This document shows, piece after piece, positions 26,301-39,078 of a DNA stretch of 64,000 bases (position 1 is its first letter; each line of letters opens with the position of its first letter). The DNA comes from Podarcis melisellensis (lineage: Eukaryota). A model generated the notes under the pieces. That model was not told where the DNA came from, made no database searches, and was given only the letters and a program-made list of their open reading frames with translations. The translations under genes and the position numbers were made by a program. The stretch is taken from NCBI GenBank assembly GCA_964234715.1, contig OZ174280.1. One strand, written 5' to 3'.

Positions 26301-26930
26301 ATTCAGGATATACAAGTAATTGGGCAAAATCTGAATTAATACCAGTGGGCAATTGCAGACAACTTACTTTGTATACTAACTGGTGATTTTGTTGGTGCCC
26401 AGAGGTCTTAACATAGCTAGGTATTTTGGTTCCAGGAGATATTCATCAAACAATTATACTGAATTTGAATCGGTTGATAAAGGTTTTCCAGTGATTTGGA
26501 ACAATGAGCCTCACTCAAATTTAATATTTGGGGTTAGGTTAATGCACTTTAGATGAATATTTTGTCATGGATAATAAATATACTTTGTGGTGTTTCGTTG
26601 CATAATCTCCAAGTATCCTTTCAAAGGACTAATGACATATTTCAGAAGTTTACGTAGGATAATTCTACACTACATTTTTCACTTAAGAGAATGCAGCTGC
26701 CAATATTGGAAGGAGGCAGATATTAGTTTACATGACAGGGCATATTTGTCAGCATGTACAAAAGATTGGCATTTTTTTCCCCTTCCTTGAATTCCCCAGC
26801 TTGGGCAATTTTAGAGATGGCTTATTTGGCACCCTTATTTAGATGGTTAGTGCTGACGTCTAGGTTTCATAAAAGGAAAGATTCTATGCCACCTAACAGA
26901 AAACTAAACTTGTAAACTGTTGTTTATAAG

Positions 26931-27526
26931 TGTTACAAGGGGTTTTTTTTGGGGGGGTGTCAGACTCCTCTGATCCCTTGATCCAGTAACTGTTTAAAGC
27001 TAATCAAGCCTTCTAATTCCAGGGAATAACCAAACTAGCTTCCTGGTGAGGTGGTGGAGGATTAAAGGGCTCAGTGTGAGACAGCAAATGGGCGGGGGCC
27101 CCTTCTCAACAGAAAAAGCCAGAGTTGAGAGCAGAGTTTACCAGTGATGTGATCTAAAAGTAAATCAGCAAGCTAGAAAGAGCCATGTCTAATTTCTGCT
27201 GGAATCCAAGGCTGTGGGCAATGGGGTGTTAATGCGGTGAACCCCTCCATCATAGGCTCAGGTTGTATATATGTGTAAATAAACCATAAATCATAAAGAC
27301 ACCACAGTCTCCACTGTCCCTCATTCTAAAAGGAAACACACAACCCTGGGTAAGCACCTGCAACCCCTGGAATCTCACATGGCTTGGGAGGGGAGGGAAG
27401 GAAGTCAATAAATGTATGGTATAATAAAATATGTTTAATTTATAATGTAAAATTTGAAAAATTAATACAAATTATATTTAAAAAATGGAATCTCACAAAG
27501 CTTGGAAACTGGTGTGGAGTGCATCA
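26931..27526 (+). mobile_element. Solo LTR with 5-bp TSD (ATAAG), interrupted by a short insertion
   Basis: ataag|TGTTACA ... TGCATCA|ataag; TG..CA termini; TATA-like tatata near 27266 and aataaa near 27278. Confidence 0.75.
27388..27485 (+). mobile_element. Short A-tailed non-LTR 3' end (L1-like) nested in the solo LTR
   Basis: G-rich start, AT-rich body, A tail; flanked by tggaatctcaca(tg/aa)gcttgg direct repeats (18/20 identical) at 27368 and 27486. Confidence 0.7.
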
Positions 27527-30204
27527 ATAAGCTCAAGAACTCAGGAAATCATGCAGCCCAAACAATGAAAATTTGCTTTAGAGTCTGTATGGAAAATTTC
27601 CTTAGACTTGAAATTGAGACTGATCTAGCAAAAAATAATATTTGAGTATATTAGACTCCACAACATTTGTATAGGAAAGCACTGTCTAATGAAGGAAGAT
27701 GTTAGAGGTAAAATGCCCCATACCTGTTTTAAGGACTAAATTCTATCCTTTTAGCCCCTCCTAATACAAGTATTCAATACACAAAGCACCTTGGGTCCCA
27801 GAGCAATGATTATGCCATTTATTTCCTTTATTAGCCTAACAAAAAAAAAACTATTATAAAATTGAACCTGATCAATAAACATGAAACAAACTTGCTGGTA
27901 AAGAGTTCTGTAGATAAAAGCACAAACAGACAAAGGGCTAGGCATGGGGATGTAGGTTTTAACAAGGAATGAAAAATTAGGGGAATGCAAATAATCAGTA
28001 AAAAAATATGGAAATGATAAGCAAGAGCTAGAAAATGAATGTATCTGAAGATAAGAGAACCTTCAATGCAAAGATGGAAAAAGGTAACAAGTGAAGCTAA
28101 ATATATATATCCAGAAACATGATCATATTTGCATGCAGAAAAAATAAGATGGGCAATAGATCCCCCCCCAAAAAAAATATTCTACATCAGAGTAACCCCA
28201 TTGACTTCAATTTATCTACTCTGAGTATGGCCAACACTGGATAATACACTCAAAGCGGGACAAAATAATGGAACCAAGCATGGGCATAGATAACAAGAAA
28301 ATGTTATTAAAATTGTTGTTTTCTGACAACTGAAAATTACAAGACTAATGTTGACATCTGAGAGGAAAGAAGGAATTGGAAGAGAACATTTGTTTATTAG
28401 TTTGTTTATAATCATTTATAGTCCACTCTTCTTCCCCAAGGATCCCTAAGATCTCTATCTTGAGGAGAAGAAGTAGTAATCACATGATCAATAGATAAAG
28501 AAATGGAAAGAGAAGAGTCCAGAGGAAAAATATGATATTCTCTTTGAAAGATTTGGCTTCAGAGAATGAGAAAGCCATGAGGAAATAAAAAGACAAGATG
28601 AAAAATTAACAAAAGAAGAGAAAAGATCAGAGACAGAAAGTAACACAACATTGTCACCATGAACATGATTATTATAACTAAAAAATAAGACATGGACAAG
28701 AATAAAAAACAAGGTGATTAAAACAGAACATTTAAAAACACTGGTAGACAGAGGAAGAGGACAAGGAAACAAAAGAACCATTAATGGAAATGTGGCAAGT
28801 ATGGTTAGATAGATAAGACAAAAATGAAGAGAATGACCAACAGTATTGAAAGCAGAGGACAGAACAAGAAGAACAAGGACAGATCAAGATGAATAGACTA
28901 TTAGCACTCTTCACTTGACTGATAATTAAATAAAGTAAAAGTAGCTTCTGTTGGGTGGTAAGAACAAACAAAAAACTGATGAAGATCAAATAGAGTTAGG
29001 TAAAAGAAAAACCAACAAATGAAAGAAAACATATTCAACCAGTTTAGAAAGAAAGAAAATAAGATAAATTAGATGATTGTCAACAGGCAAGCATCAGTTC
29101 GTGCTAAGGGAAAGCTTGCCAAAACATTACAAAAATATAGGTAATGGTAAGATCTCCAGAAACCTTTTTAAGGGAAAAAGACAAAACAGGAATAAAAGAA
29201 CCAGAGGTCTTTTTGGATGAAGACAAACAGAAAGACCATTCAAAGAAACAGGGGATAACGGAAAAAGGAGGCAGCAGAGAATTTCCAAAAAGAAAGGGCA
29301 AAAGAAGCAAATGCCATAAATATCAGAAATAAACAGCAGTTGATTTATATCACAAAAAAATGACCAAGAATCTGAGGAGCTGAGTGAGAGAAAGAAGAAA
29401 AAAGGTGAAGCAATAATTTAACAACTGAAGAGAGACAATGAGCATTGTGGAAAAATCAGTTTTGAATATTGCCTAACGGGAAAAGGGTGAGCATTAAGTC
29501 TAGACTTCTAAAAAACCAGTGTGCTCAGGACCTGCGCCATAAATGTGCAAGTTGTCTAATATATGAATGAAGAGACTGGAAGTAAGAAGTAAGCCAAGGC
29601 TGAGAAAGAAAGGATTATGAGACCAGGCAGAAGAATAAATTATAGTAGAAAGAACAGAGCTAAATAGTGAAACAGCCTTATTAGGAGAAGATGAAGAGAG
29701 AGAAAACCGGAGGTAATTGCAAAGAAATCCTTCAAGAGAAGGGTTTCATCTAGGATCACAGAGTAGAATCAAGGAGGAGAGTAAAAGCAAGCAAGTGGTG
29801 ATCAGAAATAAAGAATGAAAAGATCAACTAGGTTACTCTACTAGGAGAGATGACAGAACATAGTGCACTACCCCTTCCCCTGCCTTTCAGTACCAAAAGT
29901 TAGAGATGCAGGATACTTCCTGGTAGGGGCTTAAGAATGTTAATGGTTGACAAGAGTTTCATAGGGATGCCATGAAGAGGATGGTTAAATCGTGAGAAGG
30001 ATTTAGAAGAGCTTGGGGTGATGGATGATCCTGGATGATCTTGAATGGGAGGGGGGTCCTAGCAGATTAGGGGAGGTGAAGTCAGAACCCCAAGAAGTGT
30101 CTGGAGGGATCAAGTGGGTTGGCAGCGGAGTATTCAATCCCCTGACATCAGACATCCCTAGCCAGATACTGCTGTTGTGGAGCTGTCTTTGGACTCTCTG
30201 TCAC

Positions 30205-30928
30205 TTTTTTATATATTTTATTTTCTATTTTTATAACAACAATAATTTTCATACATATTCAATCCAAATTTACTTGATTGACCTCCCCCCCTCGTTTCCA
30301 TCTCCCCCCTTTATTTCCCTTGCATCTAGTCATTTTCCCACAGAATTTCAAATTCTTTTTCATATCCTAATTCTATTTTCAGTTCATAAATGCTACAACA
30401 ATCCTGCTAATGTTTCCACATTTTTACAGTGTTTTTTAAAGCAATCTATTAAAAAAATTCCATTCTTGATTAAATTTTTCCTCATCTTGGTACCTGACCT
30501 TCACGGTTAATTTAGCCATTTCGGCACAGTCTATCATCTTAGTCATCCATTCTTCTTTTGTTGGGATGTTCTCTTCTTTACACTTCTGGGCAAGCAGCAT
30601 TCTGGCAGCTGTGGTCACATACATAAATAATCTCTTTTGCTTCTTTGGCACTTCATCTCCTAATATTCCTAGTAGAAAGGCCTCTGGTTTTTTGACAAAT
30701 ATATTTGTAAACATTTTTTTCATTTCATTATATATCATTTCCCAGAAGCCCTTTACCTTTTTGCATGTCCACCACATACAAAAAAATATACCTTCTTTAT
30801 CTTTACATTTCCAACATAAATTAGACAAATTTTTATACATCTTAACAAGTTTAACCGGCGTTAAATATCATCTGTACATCTTTTTCATATAATTTTCTTT
30901 TAGTGAACTGCATGCCTTGAATTTAAAT
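30205..30928 (-). mobile_element. L1-clade LINE 3' fragment (ORF2 C-terminal Cys-rich region plus 3'UTR)
   Basis: ORF 30436-30840 CWKC...MWWTC..VKGFW...AARMLLAQK..P.KEEW resembles the zinc-finger region downstream of L1 RT; T-rich end on plus strand corresponds to the poly-A side. Confidence 0.85.
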
Positions 30929-32643
30929 TGCAAATGGATCACTAGCAGTATATTGTTGTTGTTTTTTTAATTTACCATTTTTTTCTAGAAAGGGTAAATC
31001 CAGATTAAAAGTTTGGGGGTGGGGTATGGATGCTACAGATGCCATGAAGACCCATCCCACAACAAACATCCACTTAGATTTGATTCTATTATCCCACTGC
31101 CATCAAGAAAAAGCAATCCTAGCATAAACAGCCATTACACCTTAGAACTGTAAAAGTCAGCTAGGGACTAGGGCTAAGGTTTGCTACATGGTTGTATCCA
31201 TGAAAAAAAGATGGAGCCTTTCACAAGGAAAAGAACAGGCAAAAGGAACCGCCATATTCATATTACTCTACAAATTCTCAGTGGATAACCTGAAATAACA
31301 TCCCCCAAAGACACAGAAAGAGAAGATTGTAACAGGGAATTCAGTTTTGGTGTGTAATTGTGGACTGGCACTTTCATCTAAAGACAGAATGAGACACTGA
31401 AGACTCAAAAAGCTACTGAAGAGAGATTTTTCCTTGAAAAGAGAATCTGATAAACTTCTGAGAAAGATAATCAACCCAAATGTTCTGGGTATTTTAATTC
31501 TTTTATTTTAAATATTTTTATTTGATGAGGACATTTTGCAATATCATTTTGGGTCTTTGCCTTTTCTTTTGCTTCCCCTTGGTTTTGTTTTTCCTAAGAG
31601 GAATATTAGCAACAATTCAAAGCCACTTGGCAATTGTGTTAGCCCTTTGGCATCTTCTTAGGATGAAACAAGATGCTCCCCTATGAGAGTATTCTGGCTG
31701 ACATACAAATACTTTTCTTTAGATTTTTAACCCACATAATTCACAGAGGCTTAAAATCACATTTTTAAAATGAATTTCAAAAAAAAGTTGTTTAAAACTA
31801 TAAACTGTGTTAAAGACAAACATGTTACCCGATATAGCCACCAAATCCCTGACAGTTACATGTTTGCCCAAATAAGAAGGTCTTGTTTTGATGCTTCTAT
31901 ACTCTGGTTTAATCAACTATCTGAAGGAAGAGAGTTCTAGAGTAGCTATCAGAAAACCCCATTTGTACATTTTCATCATTTGTACACAATGCATTAAAAA
32001 AAACAAATCTAGTGGTCAAGTCGGCTGACAATAGCAAACATGACAGAACAGATGGGAAGAACAGCTGGGCTGAGAACTAGGAGACTCTGGCTCTGTGAAT
32101 GGCTGCACCGTATGATATAGCACCCAGATTACAAGATGGAGCATCTCTCTAGATAGTAAATGGCTTTTGGATACTGGAGTGGCTGCCTACCAAGCATGGC
32201 CACTGACAGCCCTCATCAAACAAGGCTAAAATAAGGCCTCCTGTACAGGCTGGGACTTTGCCTGGGCAACTCAATTATTCCTTTGCTTCTGGCTCTCGAC
32301 TTTTGCTCTGGTTTAGACATCCCAGTTCTGTTCCTTAGCTCTCGGCCCCCACTCAACAGTTGCCTAATGATCAGCTCAGATGTGAAGCTATCAACCAGAA
32401 TTATCCACTGTTCCAATCATTCCATCTTAGCAAGCATTTCAGCTTCCTAAAAGGAATTATTCCCTCTCTCCTCCCCCTGGTACACTGTTCTGGAGGATCT
32501 CCCAACGCCCCCCACAAACCAATTTCAGGGGGTGCACAGGGGGATGAGTGGGAAGGAGGCCCACTGCACAAGTGGAAGTCTTTGCACTGGGCTTCTGCTG
32601 ATGGGGCTAAATTCAACCCATTCTACTCTTAATATTATATAGT

Positions 32644-33008
32644 GGCCCAGTTCACATGTCAAATTAAGCCATGGTTAAAATATAGTTAAAAACATTGACC
32701 AGGAAATAAGAGAGTCTGGCTCGACATGACATCTGATCTGGGGCTTGCTGCTTGTTTTCCAAAACCAACCATGAGCAGTATGCCAAGAACAAGGTTCAGT
32801 TACTGCTCATGATTTATCTGGAAAGAAACAAACCCGTAAGTCAAGGTTCTGGTGTCATGACAAGGCAAACTCTTGTCTAGTTTCTTCCACGGTGCAGCAC
32901 CAGGATTGGAGCAAGAACTTTACAACACTGTATACCAGCTTGCTGCTTGTTCATGTTAAAACCACAGCTTGTTCCAAACTATGGTTAATGTGATGTGTGA
33001 GCCAAGCC
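32644..33008. repeat. Old fold-back element, possibly PIF/Harbinger-like termini
   Basis: ggcccagttcacatgtcaaattaa ... ttaatgtgatgtgtgagccaagcc; perfect inner 11-bp arms catgagcagta / tactgctcatg. Confidence 0.7.
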
Positions 33009-35880
33009 ACAAAGGAGAAAGAGAAAGCATGAATACATGCGTGTGTGATGTCCTGCTGAAAATATATTTAATGAAGCGTTCACTTTAATGGTTTATATTA
33101 TGTACTGTATATTAATATTAAGAATCAAAAATGCACCAAGAACTTAGAACCTTGGATGAGGTTTCAGTTTGGAAAGTGAAAAGTGTTTCCATTTCAAAAA
33201 CATTAACCTGAGTTCTGTATTATTTTCAAAATCTTCCCCACCCTGCCTAATTTTAATCCACACCAACCAGCTGCATTTCTGGGAGAAGAATTTGAGCTTT
33301 GGGAGCTTACTGACTTTTTCAAAGTGAATTTTAGTTCCGACTTCTGCTCTGGGTTCTAAGCCAATGTAGTGTGGATCCAAGTATTCGGTTCAATGGTTGT
33401 TTCTGTCTCTATTTCTTTATGTCTGATTTTCAGCTGCTACTTTATGGCTTAGCTGCAAATATCCAGAGCAACAAAGCTTGCAAAAAGGGTTGTGTGTGTA
33501 CACATCTAGCAACAAAGAAAGTCTACAATTAATTCCAGGTGCACATGGGCACTAAGAAAATCTTGTCAGTATCAGATCTCAAGAAGAAATAGGAGCTGCT
33601 GCTGTGAAGCATCCCACACTTTAGAAGTTTGAAGATCATCACCCTCTTAGGCAATGAATCAGCAGACCTGTTGCTGTCTACTTCAAAATGTTATAGGGAG
33701 GTAGTTGAAAAGAGATATATTCCCTTCAACTTTTCAGCTGACCAAAATAGTGGCCAGACTTAAGAGTTGTGGTCATATTGGGCAATACTTTTCCCCACAT
33801 GATAGATGAGCAGCTGCTTCTCAAATTGTACAATGAACCTAGACATCTTTCCCTCAAAGAAGCACTTCTAAGGAAATTGCATTTTCCTGCCCTTTAAAAT
33901 GCAAGGATTTTGTCACTGAAAAAATGCAGTTTTGCTCCAGCTTTTCCTTAATGTGATAGTTATTGCAATTAGAGGTTTGGTTGTGCAAGAATACCTACTG
34001 GCCAGTACCACTAACAATACTGCTTACCTCAAAACCACTCCAATGCAAATACTTTACAACCAATTATATTTATTTTATTTCTTTGCTTTGGGGAAAAAAG
34101 TGTCTTTAGAGACAAAGCAACTTTCTGCTATACTATGGAAATGTAAAGGTTTTCGAGGTGAGTAAAGCTAATCTCTCCTCAGATCAATGCACAGGAATAA
34201 TTCCATGAACATTTTCAACCACCACCCCATTTCTCCCCTTTTGTTCTCTGAAAGCAGAAGCTTTGATGTACCAGAGTGGACTGTCCTGGATGCAGGCAGG
34301 ATGCCTCTAGGAAGATTGCCCAATGCAAGAGACGAGCACCTGGAGTAATGTGACACGAAATCAGCCAAAAGTAAGAGCAAGATGAAGCTTAATTAAGTTT
34401 TCTGGCATCTGCTTTTATCTTAAAATATTGTAATAATAGCACCATGTATTGCACAAATATATTTATCTCTCTCTCTCTACACACACACAGACACACACAC
34501 ACACACCTGCAAAAAAAAAAGGTCTGTTCTTGTGTTGCCACCCTCTGGACCTCGATCATGTCACATACACCATGTACCTTAACTCTCTTATCATAGGGAC
34601 TTGTTTTCATTTAACAGTTTAACATTTATGCAATGTATGAATGTCAAGAAATGGTTCCAAAAAATGTCCTGCGGGCTTACCTTGGGTGCTTAAAGCAAGA
34701 GGATGCCCAACCAGTACCAATGTGTTTTTGAATACCATGTGACCACCATTTTTGAAAACTTACAGAATTCTCCACTCCCTGTAATCAGCACAAGTCCTAA
34801 ATTTTGAAAGCAATAATATCTTATACTTCTGTATACACACAGTATTTTGGAGTTTGGATAAAGGAAAACATAGTAAACACTCCCTTGGGAGGCTTTTAAC
34901 ATTTATTTTTTAGTCTTCAGACCCCCTTTCAGCAGCATATTCAAGCTTTTTTCAGTAACAAACATGGCTATGCATTATTCTTTAAAGTGGAGGAACAGAT
35001 TTTCATGACAACTAAATCCAAAGCTATAAAATATAGTAAAATCCGCAAACAAGTTATCGAAGCTGATAACATCATCTTAGTACTAACACCATTACTACTT
35101 TTGTAAGCTACTGAATTACGGTATATAGAAAGTTTGTTTGGAATCACTTTAGAGGAAGATTTATAGGGCTTTATATAGAATTGGGAGGTGGGAAAAGAGC
35201 AAGTTCCTCGTTCAAACAGAAGCAGATTTTCATCAAGTGCCATACAAAGGCCAACGTTTAGTTTCATTTGTCCACCAGCCGTTATATTTCTGATAGTCAC
35301 CTTTCATCAGCCACTCTAGATCCAGCCTGTGTTGGGGGAAACCAAGCACTGCACTCTCATTTCAGCATTGCACTTTAAATGAGATTCTTCTCTTCCAACT
35401 AGTATTTCCATTGCTTTCTAATTGCTGTGCGTAAGGTTGCGGCGGGACTGTCAAGGACACTTACGGGATGATGCCCGTAAGATCACCGATGAGAAGAGAC
35501 ATATCTGCACCCCCATCACACTCATACAATTTTTAGATGGTATTTTCTTGTCTTCGTTTCGGCTACTGCCTCACTTCATTTTTACTAGCAATTCCTGGAA
35601 TACATCTCTCTCTTTCCTATGTAGGGTTGGCATGCTAGTACGAAATACTGTCAAATGACTGCCAACTTGACTGCAGTCAAATATTCCATGAAGCCATGAT
35701 GTTGACGATACACATGTAATTGGTCTGCTATGTGTTGTATACAATTCCTTTTTAAAAAACTGACTTGAATTTTTTATTTTGATCTATTTGTTTTAAAGTT
35801 CCAAAATAAAAGCAAAAAAGAAGGTTTGTTTCAGTGAACAATTAACATCAATAAAGATCTTATCTAACATTGGTTGCTCT

Positions 35881-36208
35881 CAGATAATATCCCAAGTCAT
35901 GGTTTGGAGGACTGGGAATGAGACACATGCTCACACACTACCTCTTCCTACCTCCGCTCAAGATTTCAGTTAAATACATTGCTTTCTTGTTTAATCAAAC
36001 TACAGCATGCCAGAAAGGCCACTGAACCACAGTGGCAAACCAGGATCACTTCACACCATTGCTTGCTATTTTGGATGTAGTGAAACACTACAGCATGATT
36101 AAACCAGGAAGCAATGTACTGTATTAAGTTGCATGCAAGGGGAGGTGAGAATGTGCAAGCACATGGCTAATTTCTTATTTCCCAAACCATGGTTTGGAGT
36201 ACTATCTG
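35881..36208. repeat. Long imperfect inverted repeat (old fold-back element)
   Basis: Outer arms cagataatatcccaagtcatggtttgg / ccaaaccatggtttggagtactatctg; inner arms 35975-35997 and 36096-36118 pair 21/23. Confidence 0.8.
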
Positions 36209-38839
36209 AATGTTAAAAGTTATGGCATGCCATTGATTGTAAAAAGTTGCAATTTTTAAAAACATTAGTATTATTGCTTCAGAAAAACAGCTACTCAAAT
36301 TATAAAAGAAAGTATCAAAACTGTTGAGTATATATTTGCTGTTTGGGAATCAAGTTAATGCTTTACAGAGCAATCCAACCCCCACTTATGCCAAGCTGTG
36401 TGGGTATAGATTGAGCAGAGGCATCCCTCCGCTCAGCTCTCCCAGGTGAGTGGGCCTCTGAACAGACAAGAGATCTGCTGGTGATAGCCCTGCCAGGGGG
36501 TAGCCCCAAAATGGGGCATTCCAAGGGGTGTGGTGGAAACAGACCAAAATCTGCTGGATCCCGAATTGGTCTTACAGCCATCACCAGCTGCCACCTAATC
36601 ACTGTGCCAGTCTAGAGCATGTGCAGGCCTGATTGTGTTACCCACCCCACCCTGCCCACTAAACACACATGGGAACAGGGCTGTGGTTGGGGGAGCGAGT
36701 TTGGACTGCACCCATAGAAATAAGTGACCGTTAGTTTGCCAACACCTGACCAATTGATGGATCAAGTCTTTTTTTCACCACTCAAATGTTCAACTCTACC
36801 CCATGCTCTCACTCATTTAATCTAGCCAACTTTGACACTGCTATTATGTCACTGAGGGAAAGGGAAATGCTCATGAATGTTAAAATTTGATGGTCTATAT
36901 TGGGTTGTTTTTTGAATTTGGATTACAGATTTTGTGGTTTTATATTCTGATTTAATCCTGTTAACCACCCTGAGACCTGCGGGTATAGGGTGGTTTATAA
37001 TTTAATTATATATATAAATGTATAAATAATAGGTTGGTGTTTTTTTAAATGATGAGGCAGCACAAATACTAGACAAGATCTGATACACAATTAATGGAGA
37101 AGTATGCCATATGCAAACAACAACTTTGTTTTGGGAGAAAGTTGCAAAGGGTCAAGAAGGCAATAAATGAAGCCCATGGGCTGACAGTTGGCAACCACTG
37201 GTTTAGACTACACTTTTTAATGCAACAACTGTAGGATTTTGTTAAGGCAAAGTGTATATAGTGAGTAGTAGAGCACAATCTTTTCATACGCAAGGTTCCC
37301 AGATGCAATACTGGGCCTCGTCGACCTTTTCTTTAGGGTTTTGGTATCAGGTAATGGGGAAGACCTCTACCTGAGATCCTGGAGAGCTGCTGCTGTAGCC
37401 ACCAGACCGTGAATACAATCACGCAAGTGGGAGAAAAGCAATAAGGCCCCCAAAGGGTTAATCTCTTCTCCAGATGTTCTCAGCAGTGGCTCCCCAGGAA
37501 GTCAAGAGCAGTCAATGTGCAGTATGGCTCAGAGGATTCTTCTTCCCCTCCTCAATCCTGTCTTACCAAGTAGGTTGGAGGGGTTTTGTTTTGTTTTTTT
37601 CATCACACTGCCTTGGTCTCTGTAATGCTCCCTCTTTCCAAGGATTAAAGAGGATCTGAACTTGGAAAGGTGGGGTTCTGGTGGGGAGGACTTAGCCCAA
37701 GTTAAAAACTCATTAATGTGCAAAGACTAGAGCTCTTTTGAATCTCGTTACAGGATGTTAACACACTGGAGGTCTCTTGATGTTCCCACAGCAACCACTG
37801 TGGGAGTTCCCAGACGCTAGGCAACCCTCCCATGACCCTGGCTGACCTTTCCCCTTCTATGACCCTTGCCACAATGTAAGCGCGCGCTATTGAATCCCAG
37901 GACGTTTTTCAGCTGGGCCCCACCATTGAAACCTAAGGATTTCCCCCTAACACCATCAAATTTGCTAGAGAAAGATGGGAAGTGATCCCTCCATTCTTTC
38001 CACTCTCTTCAGAAAGAGTCTGCGGAAGCCTCACTGGAAGTTGTTTCTAATAGTCTACTCCTTGGAAGGAGGTGGGAGTTGTTCTCCCCATTCCCCCAGT
38101 GCACGTTCAGAGCAGCAAAATTACAATACAGCAACTGCCTGTTTACTGTAGGCTAAAGCAGCTTTCAGACTACAGATATACAGACCCTTCTGAGCTAAAG
38201 CATGAGTGGGAATATAAATAGACACTCCCAAGACTGCTTTGAAAATGAACACATTTCAGAATGAACCACAGAGCACTTTGCTGGAGTCACATTTCAAGAT
38301 CCAGGCTACCTAGAATCAAGGGCGCTTGACCCACAGAATTTTACTGATTCTTAAATTGCTGTTTTACTGGATCATACAGAGAGCTCAAATGGATCACAAC
38401 CCCCCCCCCACCCTTCCATCTCCCAAAAGAAGACATTGATCAGGTCACAGCCGCAACACATATGCCCATATTGACTGCACTAGGGAAGTTTTACGGATAC
38501 GTGGGTTGATATTTCCTATTCTGGCAACCTGTTCCAAAACACACCCTATGAAGACTTGTACCCATAATTTGAAAAAAGAAAAAATAGCAATGTTATGGGT
38601 AATAACAAGCTTGAAGCTGGGCAGATGAAGCCTGGCATATTTTAAGAGAATTAATTACCATGGCTTTGATCACCTCCATCACAGCTAGTTTTATTATCAG
38701 GATTTCAGTTCTTCCTACTGCCGTTTCCATCTCCACAAGCAGTTCATTGGTGACCAGATTGCTTTTGTAGGCATCTGAAAAGTCTTTATCTATGGCATGA
38801 CTACACACAGAAGCATTATCACACACAACACTTCTTTAT

Positions 38840-38978
38840 GCCAGTACAGCCAACATGGTACTCTCCAGAAGTTTTTGGACTCGCAGCTCCCATCAGTCCA
38901 TGCCAACATGGCCAATGGTCAGGGATGGTAAGAGTTGTAGTTCAACATCTGGATAGTAATACATTGACAATCCTTGCC
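38840..38978. mobile_element. Small hAT-like fold-back MITE, diverged
   Basis: tccagaagtttttggact...ctcccatc / gatggtaagagttgtagttcaacatctgga arms. Confidence 0.6.
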
Positions 38979-39008
38979 TTATTGTACGTGTACAAATTGC
39001 ACGTGAGT

Positions 39009-39078
39009 CACAGAATCACAGAACTGTAGAGTTTGAAGGGATCCCATGTGTCATCTAGTCCAACCGCCTGCAATGCAT
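39009..39078 (-). mobile_element. CR1-type 3' tail fragment
   Basis: cacagaatcacagaa ... gaagggatccc ... gtcatctagtccaacc. Confidence 0.7.

Noticed and set aside
32195-32215. catggccactgaca resembling the SVAM codons of the next FOXP4 exon
   Set aside because: Wrong position in exon order, and flanking codons and splice sites do not match.
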